NCBI RefSeq assembly: GCF_018350175.1
Contig: NC_058368.1
Span: 228,472,001 to 228,536,000, forward strand
Length of the DNA stretch: 64,000 nt
From: Felis catus
Lineage: Eukaryota
Direction of reading: 5' to 3'
Part shown: positions 14,190-25,929 of the stretch, one piece after another
Numbering within the stretch: position 1 is the stretch's first letter
Layout of the letters: every line of letters begins with the position of its first letter
Program-made: the position numbers and the translations under genes
The notes under the pieces: model-generated
What the model saw: only the letters and a program-made list of their open reading frames with translations
What the model was told of the DNA's origin: nothing
Database searches by the model: none

Positions 14190-14581
14190 TGTCTTAGCAC
14201 GACCTTCTAAAAGAAAATACTACAGACTGCGTGGCTTGAACAGTACACATTTGTTTCTTGTGGTTCTGGGCAGGGCAGTCCAAGACCGAAGTGCTTGTAC
14301 ATTCTGTTCCTGGCAAGGACCCTTTTCCTGGCTTGCAAACAGCCTGCATTCTTGCCGTGTCCTCATAGGATGCAGAGAGAGTTGTACTCTCTGGATTCTC
14401 TTCTTCTTCTAGGAACACTAATCCCATTCTGGGGGCTCCATCCTCATGACTCATGACCTCATCTAACCCAACGACCTTCCAAAGACCCCACCTCCAAATA
14501 CCATCACATTACAGGTTAGGTGAGGGCTTCAAATTATGACTTCTGTTTTGGAGAGAGGACATAAACATTCAGTCCATGACA
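14190..14581 (-). mobile_element. MLT1 solo LTR
   Basis: aaatactacagactgcgtggcttgaac, ctcatgacctcatctaaccc, cctccaaataccatcacatt, acattcagtccatgaca. Confidence 0.8.
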
Positions 14582-16783
14582 TTAGATTTGGGTTAGCAGA
14601 GAGTGTGGGCTAAAAGTTAAGAAGTAGTGATTGGTGTTTGGGGATTACTGAAATTAAGTAACTATAAGGGATGACTACTGAATAAGTGGCAAAGGTGGGG
14701 TTAAAGGGAAGGCTTCAGAGAAGAGGAATTCAAGGAATTGAGAGTTTAGGCTATTGGAAGGATGGCCAGTGTGGGTTTTAATAGGAAAGTATTGGGAAAG
14801 AATGACAGTCGCCAGAAACTAGCCTCTTCTAGAAATAAAGAGGTAGACTCCTGAGGGTGTGGAAGGTGACTGCAACAGGCAGCGGAAGTGTCTGATGAGA
14901 TCACTGAATGGTGGAGTGCAATGGGGTAGGAGAGAGAATATTCTGGAAATAATCATGAGGCATGAGAGGGGCACTCAATCCAGCTCCAGACTCCACAGCA
15001 CACAGGGAGTGGGAGACAGCCCCTGCTGGGGAGGGCTGGAATAAAATCAGTGTCCTTAGGGGGAACGAGCTGCAGACAAATTAAGAGTGTAGTAAGGACT
15101 TTCAGAGAAGATGCTGAACTTAAGGTAGAGGGTTTGTGATTGACCTAGCATTTCAGGGGCACAGTGAACAAAAAAGGCTTCAGGAAATGGAAGGTGGTAG
15201 ATGAGGTCAGAAAAGGCAGCCTATGGAACCAGATGAGGATTTGCCTTCAAGAAATGAAGGATGACCTTGGTGTCATGGGTATTTTGTGGCAGTTAATATG
15301 AGCAGGAGTAAAGCACAAAATTAGATTAGTCCAGTTGGTCCAAGGTACAGAGTGATGGAGGTGCTGCAGGGGTTGAACAGAGGGAGGGGCTTGCAGAGGC
15401 AACTTGACAGAAGCAGGAAGAGTTCTATCTTCCCATTGGAGTCCTACATAAATGTGTGCTTTGTGCTCTTGGATTTAGCTCAAATGGTGGCCCATAGTAT
15501 TGGCCTTCCTCTTAGTGCATGGAACTTCCTTGAGTTCCTTCATAGTGCCTTACACATCCTAAGTGCTTAACCAGCTTTGTTGAGTGAGTTAAAAGGACCA
15601 GGAGTGAGAATGATATGGGTAAAAATCAAGCCAATTACAGGAATTAATGATAAAGCATATATAGTTCAGTTCCATTGGGATCTGAATCAATAGTCTGATT
15701 TTCACAAAGGCAATGGGGAAAGGGTAGTCAAAAAATTTACATTTCAAAGCATAAAAGGAGAAAACAAAAGTAAATTTTGTGCAAAAGTTGGACAAAGCAG
15801 AGACTTAAGGTTTTTTTGTAACCAAGTTATAGTTTTGTGAGATGCACTGATTTAAAAAATATATTTATTTTTGTTTTTGTTTTTTTGACCAAAGCTAGAT
15901 GAAGAACAACTGACCTAAATGAAACAAACAAACAAACAAAAAACACCTCCTATATCCAGCAGCACAAGTTCTGGAAGAAGGGAGAGACATGGAAGAAGGG
16001 CAAATTTTGGCAATGCTCAGATCTCTATACCTCTTAACACCTCATTAAAATGAATGTCTCTTGGTGTTTGGAATTTTTCCAGACAAATAAGAGTTTCTTT
16101 TGGCTTCGTATGTCTTCTTAGAAGCTGGTAGTTTTCCTGTGATTTTTTTCAGGGTTTTAGCTGTCTTTGCAATGAATTTCTAACAGCAGAGCATCTGTTA
16201 ACGGAAAGCGTTTCTTGATGTTCCCCTGAATCAGAGAGCAAATGGTTATATACAGACATTATCTCTGTCCTCAGCTGAGAACAGTGGAATTTGAAGACTT
16301 TGAAGGTCTGGGGAGCAAGTAACCTGGTCTGCACTTGGCTTCCCTCCCCCAGCTCCTCTGGAACTTTGTGCAAAGTGGTCCAGAGAAGTTAATTAGCTTC
16401 TCTTGGCCACGGTCAAATTGTACTCTACCACCCATCTCAAGAATGCACTAAGCTAGAAGGCTTGGTGATTATGTACATACATGAACTTGAGGCCCTTAAA
16501 GATGTGGCTGTGTGGGCAGATGGTAGTCACTGAGCTGCAGAGGAGAGACATGTGTAAACCTAACACTTTTTTCACAAAGTGTGAGATTCCAGCCTTGGGT
16601 TCTTTATCTCCATCCTCAAAGCTCCCTACCTTTTAAACCTGCAGTGGGGAACCATATCCACTCACATTTGTGTTAGCCTCCCTGTGGGCAGAAAGGCTCT
16701 TGACACACTAAGGGAAATTATTATGGATACTTGATTTATGAGTCAGATATTTTATGACTTTTTTCTATTTAAAGAACAAGAAA

Positions 16784-16999
16784 GGAGCGCCTGGGTGGCT
16801 CAGTAGGTTAAGCGTCCAACTTCCGCTCAGGTCATTATCTCACAGTTTGTGGGTTCAAACCCATATCCGGCTCTGTGCTAACAGCTCAGAGCCTGGAGCA
16901 TGCCTTGCATTCGGTCTCTCCCTCTCTCTCTGCCCCTCCCCACTCCCACTCTGTCTCTCTCTCTTTCTCAGAAGTAAATACTAAACATTAAAAAGTGTA
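16784..16999 (+). mobile_element. Can-SINE
   Basis: GGAGCGCCTGGGTGGCTCAG head, CT-rich segment, A-rich tail; imperfect TSD AAAGAA(A)CAAGAA. Confidence 0.92.
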
Positions 17000-19900
17000 A
17001 AGAAACAAGAAGTATGGTTGAAAAGTGATTTTAAATCTATCATGCTACAATCACCCATATATAAAGGGAAGTTTGTTGTAGTCATAGGTTTGCTGAGGGT
17101 AGTTTGCTGTAAACTGGACTGATTCTGAAATAAAATGAAAGCTTTCTGAAAAACAGCTAACAAACTTAAAACTCTTTGTGTTTTAATATGACAAAGAATT
17201 TTGTAATTTACTTGATAATCTTTTAAAACCTTTTTGAAACACATATGAAAACTTAAATTAGTGAAGTATATTTGCTATGAAACAGCTCATGGGAATTAGA
17301 GCATTTCCTTAAACACTAACGAATACCGATATTGCATGAGTTAGAGTAGCTATTATTCTCCTGTATCTGATTCTTACATTGACCACAGAAATAGAATTGA
17401 TTCCCTCCACATCATAGCTAGCTATCTTTCTATCTATCTAACTATTCAAATCTTTAAGGATATTTTTAAATCTTGCAATTGTTTTTCTAGTGCTAATGTT
17501 ATCCAAAGTAATAACTTCTACCTAAACTGATGAAGAAAAATTTGGCCAAGAGAGCTGACACCATTGGGGTTCTTGTCTTGACTTTTCAGTGACCTTGAAA
17601 AAGGAAAGCAACATCAGTGTACTTCAGATTCTTCATTTCTTTAAAAATAGTGCTGCTAATGCTCACTGTCTTTTGGAATGTGATTAATATTGCCAGCTTT
17701 TAGTAGAATAACTGAGGAATTTGATTAATAAGAACAAAAGAGGTTTCTGAGGGAAGAGACTCACTCTGAGCTCCCAGAAGCCTCTTGTGTGAGGGCTGAG
17801 GTTACCTTGGGCACACGGATATGATACCGAAGACTCATCTGGGCCTGCCCTTCCACGGCCGACCCTTCACCAGATCTTGGATACTCTTAAACACCTGATT
17901 TCTTTTGATTTTTCCTTCAAGAACTGACAGTGTTAGCCTGGCCATTTGAACACTGCAACTCTCTGAATTTCCCTTTTCCAAGTCTCCCTTATAAGAATTT
18001 CCCATATAAATGCCACTGTAACTTTTTTGAGTCACTTCTCAGAGTCCATGAAAGGGATGTAGGAGAAGGAACTTGACATATGTGAGTGATTAGGAGACTG
18101 AATTGTTACACCATCTTTTGTTTGGATTTGCCAGTTACTGATAGTTGATTTGTGCCTATTTTATATTTAGCAGCATTCTAGGCGTCCCATGAGATCTAAA
18201 GAGTTTTAAAACATGGCTTGTTCTCCACCAACTTTCCATCTATTTGGAACAGTAAGGTTAGCCACTTAGATACTATATTAACTGTTAAGCGATATACCTA
18301 TGTATATAAAGAGTGTGGCAGCCCCATACCTCAGTTAATGCTCACCAATCCTGTGAGGGAGGCATCGTTTTGCAGATGCTAAAACTGAAGCCTAGACATT
18401 GAGGGCTTTCCTGTACTCTCAGTCAGGTAGTAAATGGAAAAGTGGAGGTAGCACACCTGTCTCTATGACCAAACTTATTCTCTTTCCGTTAGTAATAACA
18501 TTACTGGTCATTTTTCAGGAGTAAAACACTATTTCCCTTTCAGTGGAGATGTAAATGAATTCCTGAAGATACCACTGACAACTCAGGAATCTCACCAAAT
18601 GGCAAAGTGTTTCTTTCCGAGGTAACTTAATTTTCAGAAAGGTGGAGACATTAATATGTTCTTAGGAATCTCCAGCATCAGTAACTAGTTCCTCAGGTTT
18701 TCAAGTGACCACAGCAGAGTTGTAAATCTCCACTTGAGTTCCAAAACATTTACATGCTGTAAAATGGAAAGTTGTAGGAACCACCACAGATGGCCCAGAC
18801 ACTTCCACAGACTCAGAATTATACACCCCAATGAGCAATAGCGTTTCCTTTCTAGAGAAGCTGAATGAGCAGCCAGAACTAGAAGCCTCAAGACTCTACG
18901 GGGGTAGTCTTCCTGGTGAATACATGGATGAAGAGATCAGGAGAATGTAGAGTCTGGACAGAACACAGATTACCCTGATTTATACTTCACAGTGCCATCA
19001 TAGGACACAACTTCTGGCAAGGAGTTGCTTGATGTGGGACCTGAAGGGATTGACCAGACGTCACCTTGGGTGGCCCCTGGGGAACAGTGACCAAATGGAT
19101 CTCTGTCTCCGGGACTACAGCTGCGTCTCTAGTTAGAGGAAAACCCAGGGAGATTTTCTACATCTGTAAACTAAGGATAATTGTATTTTGATTGTTGTTA
19201 CTATTAATCGTAATTTGTGTTTAAAGCACTTCATGGTTCACAATAAATAGTAACTCATTATGAGAAAGCATTTCCTACAAGTAATTTAAAGTTTATTGGA
19301 GATGTTCCAGGTGTTAATAGCTGTAGAAATACATCTCTTATAATTTGACCTTGAGGATCTTTAACTGTGACAGATTAAATACTCCAGGTGCAGCAATATG
19401 AGGTCTTCTGAGGCCAAGAACGCCTTGTAGTTCTGCTGCTTTTAGGTATTACACACTGATTTTTCCACACCATACACATTTTCAGCTATAGAATGGAACT
19501 TGATCTGTGTAATGTTTGTTGTTCTTTATAGTCTTGGATTTGAATCATTTGTACCCCTGAGGCAGTCCATGCCACTCTGATTGTTCCATAATTAGGGTTT
19601 GCCATCAAGGGTTAGACAGCACATTTTGTGCCATAACATCCTGGTACAACAACTGTACTTCCAGAGTAACTCCAACTGAAATATAATAATTAACTGCTTA
19701 ATTATTGTTTGCAAAACATATCATAATTCTTTATTTAAGAAATGAACGTTCCGTTAAAATACTGCAGTTATTAAAAAAATGAAGCATTTACAGAAAATTA
19801 TACAGAAAGGCGGACATGCTGAAATGAACTACTAATGCCAGTTACACTGTAATGAATTGTTGTTTCATGCAGTTTACTTTTCTCTAGTTTACTCCCTGGT

Positions 19901-21084
19901 TTGAGAGCATCAGTTCACCTTGACTTTTCAGATTTCTTGTCAGATTCTTCTGCATGCCCAAATAATATTTCAGTGTTCTAGATCCTTCCATTCCTGGAGG
20001 AGAACATGAAAATTTCCTGATTATAGATTATTCAGAGAAAGATTTCAATTTTTTCCTTTAGATTATTTCTTTACAACTCCTTCTATCCTCACCAAGTCAC
20101 ACAGCAAAAAGGGAAAAATAATTTCACTGCAGAAGACCAATTTTTTCGCTGTATGCATGACCTGTGGCTGGTTTTCTTGTTTATTTCTTTCCTCTCTTTT
20201 ATCACTTTCTTTCCTTATTTCTGTTCTTTTGTATTCCCTCAGATAGAAATGATTTGGCCCTCATGCACAAGAGCTTTGAGCCCATTTGAACCGAAACTTA
20301 GGTCATTCAAACAGGCGCAAATACGTCTGTCCTAAACGGATCATTATTCTTTTTCCCCCAAGTCATTAATTGTAAAAGCTCACTTGCATAGAGTGTAACA
20401 AAAAAAAATAGTAATGATCTTTAAACCATACAAAGTTCCTTTTCTTCATAAGAAAACCCAAATTGTCAATGTAAATAATGTTAATCTCAGGTGAAGAATT
20501 CAAATGCAGCCCATCTTTCACCTGGAGAACAACATTGTATGGATGAAGGATGCATCACACTGAGAATGAAGGGTCTAAAGGCCAATGGGGAGAGAGCACG
20601 GGGAAGTAAATTAGTTAGTGCTTGAAAATTTCGACAGCAGGTGTAGATAATGTGAAACTCAGCTTGTGATCTCTCTCTTTTTTCGGTGATCTCTTTTAGT
20701 AAGAATTCTGAAGCATAACAATATTCACATGGCGATAAGTGTCAGCTACGTGGTTACATAATGATGGTGAGGATTAGTTACGGGATGGCTAGACACACTG
20801 GATAGGATACACAAAGGGAATCAAGGGGAAGAGAATAGCAACACACAAAGGCCGGGTTTAGTCTTGAATGGAGGAGACTGGATCTGTGATCCAACCATCA
20901 TGAAACCCTTAGTCAGAAAGCTAACTTGCAGGTCATAGTTGAGTCAGCAAATATTTCGATGGTATTGTGTGTCTTTTCTTGTTTTTCTTTTTCAGGGCAA
21001 GTCATTCTTCATACTCTCCAAGTCATACATCTAGTTGGAAAAAAAAAACGAAACATCTGATGTACACAAATTGATTAGAGGGGA

Positions 21085-21250
21085 CCTTGGTTCAGTTACT
21101 TAATTCCTCTGACCATCTCCTTTCTTGCCTGGAAAGTAGGAATGACAATACTTTACCCTAACCCTCACCCTGATCCTGACCCTAACCCCAACCCTGATTC
21201 TGACCCTAACCCCGACCCTAACCCTGACCCTGACTCATTTAGGAGGTGTT
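21085..21250. mobile_element. MIR fragment split by telomere-like array
   Basis: gaccttggttcagttacttaattcctctg...ggaatgacaatacttta before the array; tcatttaggaggtgttg after it. Confidence 0.5.
21156..21233. repeat. Interstitial telomere-like hexamer array, 13 units
   Basis: ccctaa ccctca ccctga tcctga ccctaa ccccaa ccctga ttctga ccctaa ccccga ccctaa ccctga ccctga. Confidence 0.9.
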
Positions 21251-21715
21251 GCTCATAATGACTTTATATGCCCCTGAATTCTTCTATGTTGTACTTCATT
21301 TGATATCGACTAGTGTATGTAAGAAGATCCCTGCAAATTCAGGATTGACCATGAGTATCATACTTACTTCTGGGCCTACACAGAACAGGTACTCAGAAAT
21401 GTTTGTCCACTGAAAACATAAAATTTACCAATTTGCAGGGTAAAAGTAACATCTACGAATGCTTTGATATTTTCAGCTATGCCCGGTAGTATTATCTATG
21501 TTTATGAACAACAGTGAGATCATTTAACCAATGTGCTGACTGAATATGAATGCCCATAGTCTGTCAGTAGAACTTTGTACCGTTCATTTAATACATATAT
21601 GCAAATCTGTTATAATTTCAACTCTTATTTTTCATGAATGTGTAATGCCCGAAGTTCCGAAACCTCCCACAAAAGTCCACCAGAGTCGTAAGTCAAAGCC
21701 AAGCGGCAAGGGTCG

Positions 21716-21721
21716 TTTATT
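21716..21721 (-). terminator. LTR polyadenylation signal AATAAA
   Basis: tttatt on the + strand, about 75 bp downstream of the TATA box, within the inferred R region. Confidence 0.75.
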
Positions 21722-21794
21722 GCAGGTTCGAACCTGGTCCTCTGCGCACTCATCGCCGGTGACGCAAGAGGCCTCGATCAGGGTTGGTACAGCG

Positions 21795-21893
21795 TTTTTA
21801 TAGACAGAGACAAATAGCACAGGGGAGGTTTCAAATTATGAGGGGCCTGATTAGTTGATTTTAAAGTAAGGACATTTGTTGTTCTCTGATTGG
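21795..21893 (-). promoter_or_regulatory. LTR U3 core promoter (CCAAT 21889-21893, TATAAAAA 21795-21802)
   Basis: Motifs seen directly in the order typical of gammaretroviral LTRs; activity not shown. Confidence 0.7.
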
Positions 21894-22273
21894 GCGTCCT
21901 TTGTCTGTCCTTTGGTGGGAAGGCTTTGTCCGTTACTTGTGGCGGGAGGAAAAAAGGGGGAAGGGGGAAGGGGGTAGGCTAGGTGAGGAATGTGCTAAGC
22001 AAGCAGGTTTACAGAAGCGAGAAATGCCGGTTAGTTTATGTACAATCACTCATTCCATTACATATCAGACTACATTTAGGAAGGTTTACAACCCATTCTA
22101 CTACACAGCGGGTTACATTCAGGAAAGGCCTCACAATGCTCGTAGCAAACAGCAAGCAAAACAGACTTCTCAGCAATTGTATTTCTTATCAAAGATCCAT
22201 AATAAGCAGAAAAGAGAACTTTAGCTTTAAACTAAGGCAGGGCTGTCATTTGGATTTAAAGCTGTTCTTTTCA

Positions 22274-22284
22274 TTCCCCCCTTT
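22274..22284 (-). other. Polypurine tract
   Basis: AAAGGGGGGAA immediately before the LTR TG. Confidence 0.85.
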
Positions 22285-22315
22285 GCCTTGTGCCTAAAGA
22301 GCCAATCTTGGATCT

Positions 22316-22547
22316 TCAGTTTTCTATTTGTAATGTCTCGAGTGGTTGGTACTGAGTTCGTAAGACCATTAATTGTACAGCATTGAACCTGTCTTGGACA
22401 AAATTAATAATTTTGTTTATGATGCAGAGGCCTAATGTGAGAGCGAGAAGTAGGATGGCTAGGGGCCCGAGTAAAGTGGAGAGCAGGGTAGTTAACCATG
22501 GGGACGCACTGAACCAGGATTCAAACCACCCTGCCTCCTGTTCTTTC
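22316..22547 (-). pseudogene. env: Env TM C-terminal remnant (membrane-proximal region, TM helix, cytoplasmic tail)
   Basis: KEQEAGWFESWFSASPWLTTLLSTLLGPLAILLLALTLGLCIINKIINFVQDRFNAVQLMVLRTQYQPL is a typical gamma-type TM end; no SU, fusion peptide or immunosuppressive domain. Confidence 0.93.
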
Positions 22548-22568
22548 TTTTTTTTTTTTTTTTTTTTT

Positions 22569-23820
22569 CCGCTTATGTCTCCGCACGTATACCTAGTCTC
22601 CGGGTCGGTAGTGATGCGGCTCAGGAGGGGGCCCGTTCTCATAAATGGCTCTCAAACTGGGCCAAACTTCCTGGTGGGTGTGCTGGAGTTCCCTCAAGGA
22701 AATAAGAAGTTTATGATCATCAAATTCAGTTAACACATTAGACTGTAGGTTGGGAATTATAGGGGGGGCACTCCATACATGATTTCAAAGGGGGTTAATC
22801 CCAGTTTGTAAGGGGAGTTCCGCACCCTGAACAGAGTGTAGGGGAGTAAGACTACCCAGTTAGCGCCAGTCTCCATGGTCAATTTGGTTAGGGTCTCTTT
22901 TAGGGTTCTATTTATTCTTTCTACCTGTCCTGAGCTTTGGGGTCTATATGCACAATGTAGTTTCCAATCAGCCCCAATAAACTGAGCTATCCTGTATTAC
23001 CTCTGAAACGAATGCTGGTCCGTTGTCTGATCCTGTTAGGGTAGGGAATCCGTACCTGGGCATGATGTCTTCTAATATTTTCTTTGCCACTACCTGTGTA
23101 GTCTCTCGTTTGGTGGGGAAAGCTTCCGTCCATCCTGAAAAAGTGTCTACAAACACTAGCAAATATTTATATCCATATTTTCCAGGCTTTACCTCGGTGA
23201 AGTCTACTTCCCAATAGGCTCCCGGACTGGTTCCGCGGGTTCTGGAGCCAGAGTTTTTCCCGTGGCTGGTGGCGTTAGTTAGTTGGCAAGCTTTACAGCT
23301 AGTAACCATCTGTTCAATTTTTGTCCTAGAGTCTTTAATGGTGATCCTAGCATGTCTTATTAAGTCTTGCATTTTTCTTGTGCCCATATGAGTGGCTCGG
23401 TGCATCTTGGATAAGACTTTATTTCCCATTTCTTCTGGGAGGATTATGCTACAGTCTGCTGCTCTCCACCATCCGTTAAGGCACTGAGTCATAGGCAATT
23501 TTTGGATCCAGTTTAGGTCTTCTTTAGTGTAGGTGGGGCTTTCTGGCAAACTGGCTGAGCCGGGGTCTGGTAAGGCGGTCATTAAAGCACAGTCCACCTG
23601 TAAAGCCGCCTCTCGGGCCACCTGGTCAGCCAAATTATTTCCTCTGGCCACCGGTGTGACCGGTTTTTGGTGGCCTGGGCAATGTATGATGGCTAGTCGT
23701 TTAGGCAGCCAGAGTGCCTTTAAAAGAGCCAATATTTCTTCTTTGTTTTTGATAGTTTTCCCCTCTGCAGTTAACAGTCCCCTCTCTCTGTATATAGCTC
23801 CATGTATGTGGGCCGTAGCA
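22569..23820 (-). pseudogene. pol: Pol remnant: C-terminal RNase H plus integrase, disrupted
   Basis: ATAHIHGAIYRERGLLTAEGK...IIHCPGHQK (RNase H); HRATH...CKAC (HHCC); WEVDFTE and GSDNGPAF. Frameshift near 22990, then [26 protein letters not shown]...[10 protein letters not shown]...RPGD*VYVRRHKR with one in-frame TAG. Confidence 0.95.
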
Positions 23821-24639
23821 CAACACGGCCATGTTCACCATCTTTACTAAAAAAATTATCGTTCTGTTTAATGAAGCAGCCAAATCTTGAGTTTTCTCTT
23901 CTAAGATGATTGAGAGCAAAAATGTCATAAACCTTCCCAAGTCTCATCTGAATGTGATGAGCGTCCCTGACAGATAAGTACAGTGTGCGCATAAAGCCAC
24001 TTTCACATACGTACATGACCGCTTTAGCCTGATCCTGATTCTGACCGAATTCTTTGTTCCAGATTCCAGGAGAAGTAGAAATTCCTCGTGTCTCATTTTA
24101 AATACTGTTCCTAGACTCCAAGGTTGGGGCAAAGTTTGACAGACCCAACCTTAAAGTTAGTTTTACACATATCGTAGGCTTTCTCTTAATTGTCTTGAAT
24201 ATATATAACAGCTCTTAGAGGGGGCATTTGAACAACTTCTGTGCTTTATTCACTTGTGTTTTGGTGTTCCTTGGGGATGTTGTAGGCCTTGACTATGTCT
24301 CTGGAACATCTGTGCCTTTCCCAGATTGTCACGGTTCCTCCCTGACATAGTCTTCATAACTCTTCTCTGTCTAGTGAGTTTCTGCTCAGTTTTCAAGTCA
24401 CAGCACAGCTGTCACGTGTTCTGTGTGTCTTCCTTGACTTCATCAACCTGGTTATTCAATCATTTGCATTTCTTTGGCATCGACTAGAACTCTGTGAAGG
24501 ATGTTTTAGGTGCTTCTATAGGGATCCAGAGACACCGCACGTCACACTCATTTGTAAGCTCCTTGCAGACAACGAAGAGAGACTACTACCTCCGTGTACC
24601 CCTCTCGTGTAGCTCCGTTCTGGACACAGGAGTTCAGTG

Positions 24640-25031
24640 TTAGGTTATGGGCTAAATTGTGTCCTTCCAAAATTTCATATGTCGAAGCCCTAACCCTTGG
24701 TGCCTCACAATGTGACTGTATTTGGAGATGAGGTCGTCAAAGTGATAATTAAGGGTAAATAGCATCCTTGGGATGGGCCCTAATTCAGTGTGATTAGTGT
24801 TCTTGTAAGAAGAGATTAAGACACAGAGACAGCACAGGAGGTTGATCATGTGAAGACATGGTGAGAAGATAGCTATGTACAAGGCAAGGAGAGAGACCAC
24901 AAAATGAAGCCAACTCTGCTGACACCTCGATTTCGGACTTCTGAACTCCAGGACTGTGAGGTAACAGATTTCCATTGTTAATCCACCCACTCTGTGGTAC
25001 TGTGTTAGAGCAGTCCTACCAAATGAAGACA
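24640..25031 (+). mobile_element. MLT1 solo LTR
   Basis: ttatgggctaaattgtgtcc...aatgtgactgtatttggagatgagg...ccaggactgtgag...tgtggtactgtgttagagcagtcct. Confidence 0.85.
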
Positions 25032-25707
25032 GTGCCCATTTATACCATTTCTACGGTTTTAGAATACCATCAGTTCTCTCCTGAAAACATTCAAAGGATC
25101 TGCGTTCCATAGCCACCTCCCGTTATTCAAATATTTTCTGTCACCTGTGCATCTAATACATTTCTGAATGAAACCCGCAGGCATCCTTAATCCAGCCCCG
25201 TATCTCACCTTTCTGTCCATCACGTCAGTGTTTCCCCAGCTAGAAATGGCCAGGCTGGCCGTGCTTCCCTGTAGAGACACACTGTGTTTCAATATGGCTC
25301 CTTTTCATCTCCCACTTTTCACTACAGGCGATATAGACCAATGTATACACTGGTTATACAGTACTTACCTTCATTTGGATTCTTATCATAGCTTTGAGTG
25401 TCAGTATCAGTTGAGCTAGGAAGAAAGTATGGGGATGTGTGCATATGTGTGCAAGTGTGTGTGTATGTGTTTGTGTGTCGATGTTTAGGAGGATGAAGAC
25501 CTAACTTAGGCAGTTTTACTTCCAACTGGTTTTAGGGGAAATTTTGCTGCTAGTTGTTTGTTGTTTATTTTGGTAATTTTTTTCATGGACTTTATTATAA
25601 TTTTTAATGCTTATTCAACTGCATCTTTGAGTTGTTGTTAAATTCTTCCCTGCCCTGAGCATTTTATCACTATGGTATATAGATTTTTTAAATATAGAAT
25701 TATTTGT

Positions 25708-25910
25708 GGGGCACCAGGGTGGCTCAGTCGGTTAAGCATCTGACTCTTGATTTCGGTTCAGGTCCTGATCTCACAGTGTGTGTTTGAGCCCTGCATTGAG
25801 TTCCGCACTGATGGTGCAGATCCTGCTTTGGATTCTCTCTCTCGACTTCTCTCTGCCCCTCCCCTGCTTGTGCCCTCTCTCTCTCAAAAATAAATTAAAA
25901 AATAAATAAA
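25708..25910 (+). mobile_element. Can-SINE
   Basis: Typical head and tail; TSD AAATATAG(A/C)ATTATT. Confidence 0.93.
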
Positions 25911-25929
25911 ATATAGCATTATTCTTAAG

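Larger units (their letters stand above)
21641..22273 (-). mobile_element. 3' LTR of the ERV (633 bp)
   Basis: Starts TGAAAAG right after the PPT AAAGGGGGGAA and ends GGGCATTACA; CCAAT, TATA and AATAAA occur in the expected order. Confidence 0.9.
21641..23820 (-). mobile_element. Gammaretrovirus-like (class I) ERV remnant: 5'-truncated, internally deleted (RNase H-IN / env TM / 3' LTR)
   Basis: Pol and Env translations, PPT and LTR all in the same orientation; many CpGs retained, suggesting a young element. Confidence 0.95.

Noticed and set aside
22589..22593. TGG-to-TAG stop as evidence of APOBEC3 hypermutation
   Set aside because: A single event; the other Trp codons in pol and env are intact.
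22968..23732. 254-aa ORF as a functional or domesticated integrase gene
   Set aside because: It starts at an internal TTG, has no upstream LTR, and frameshifts before the catalytic Glu, so it is a pseudogene fragment.
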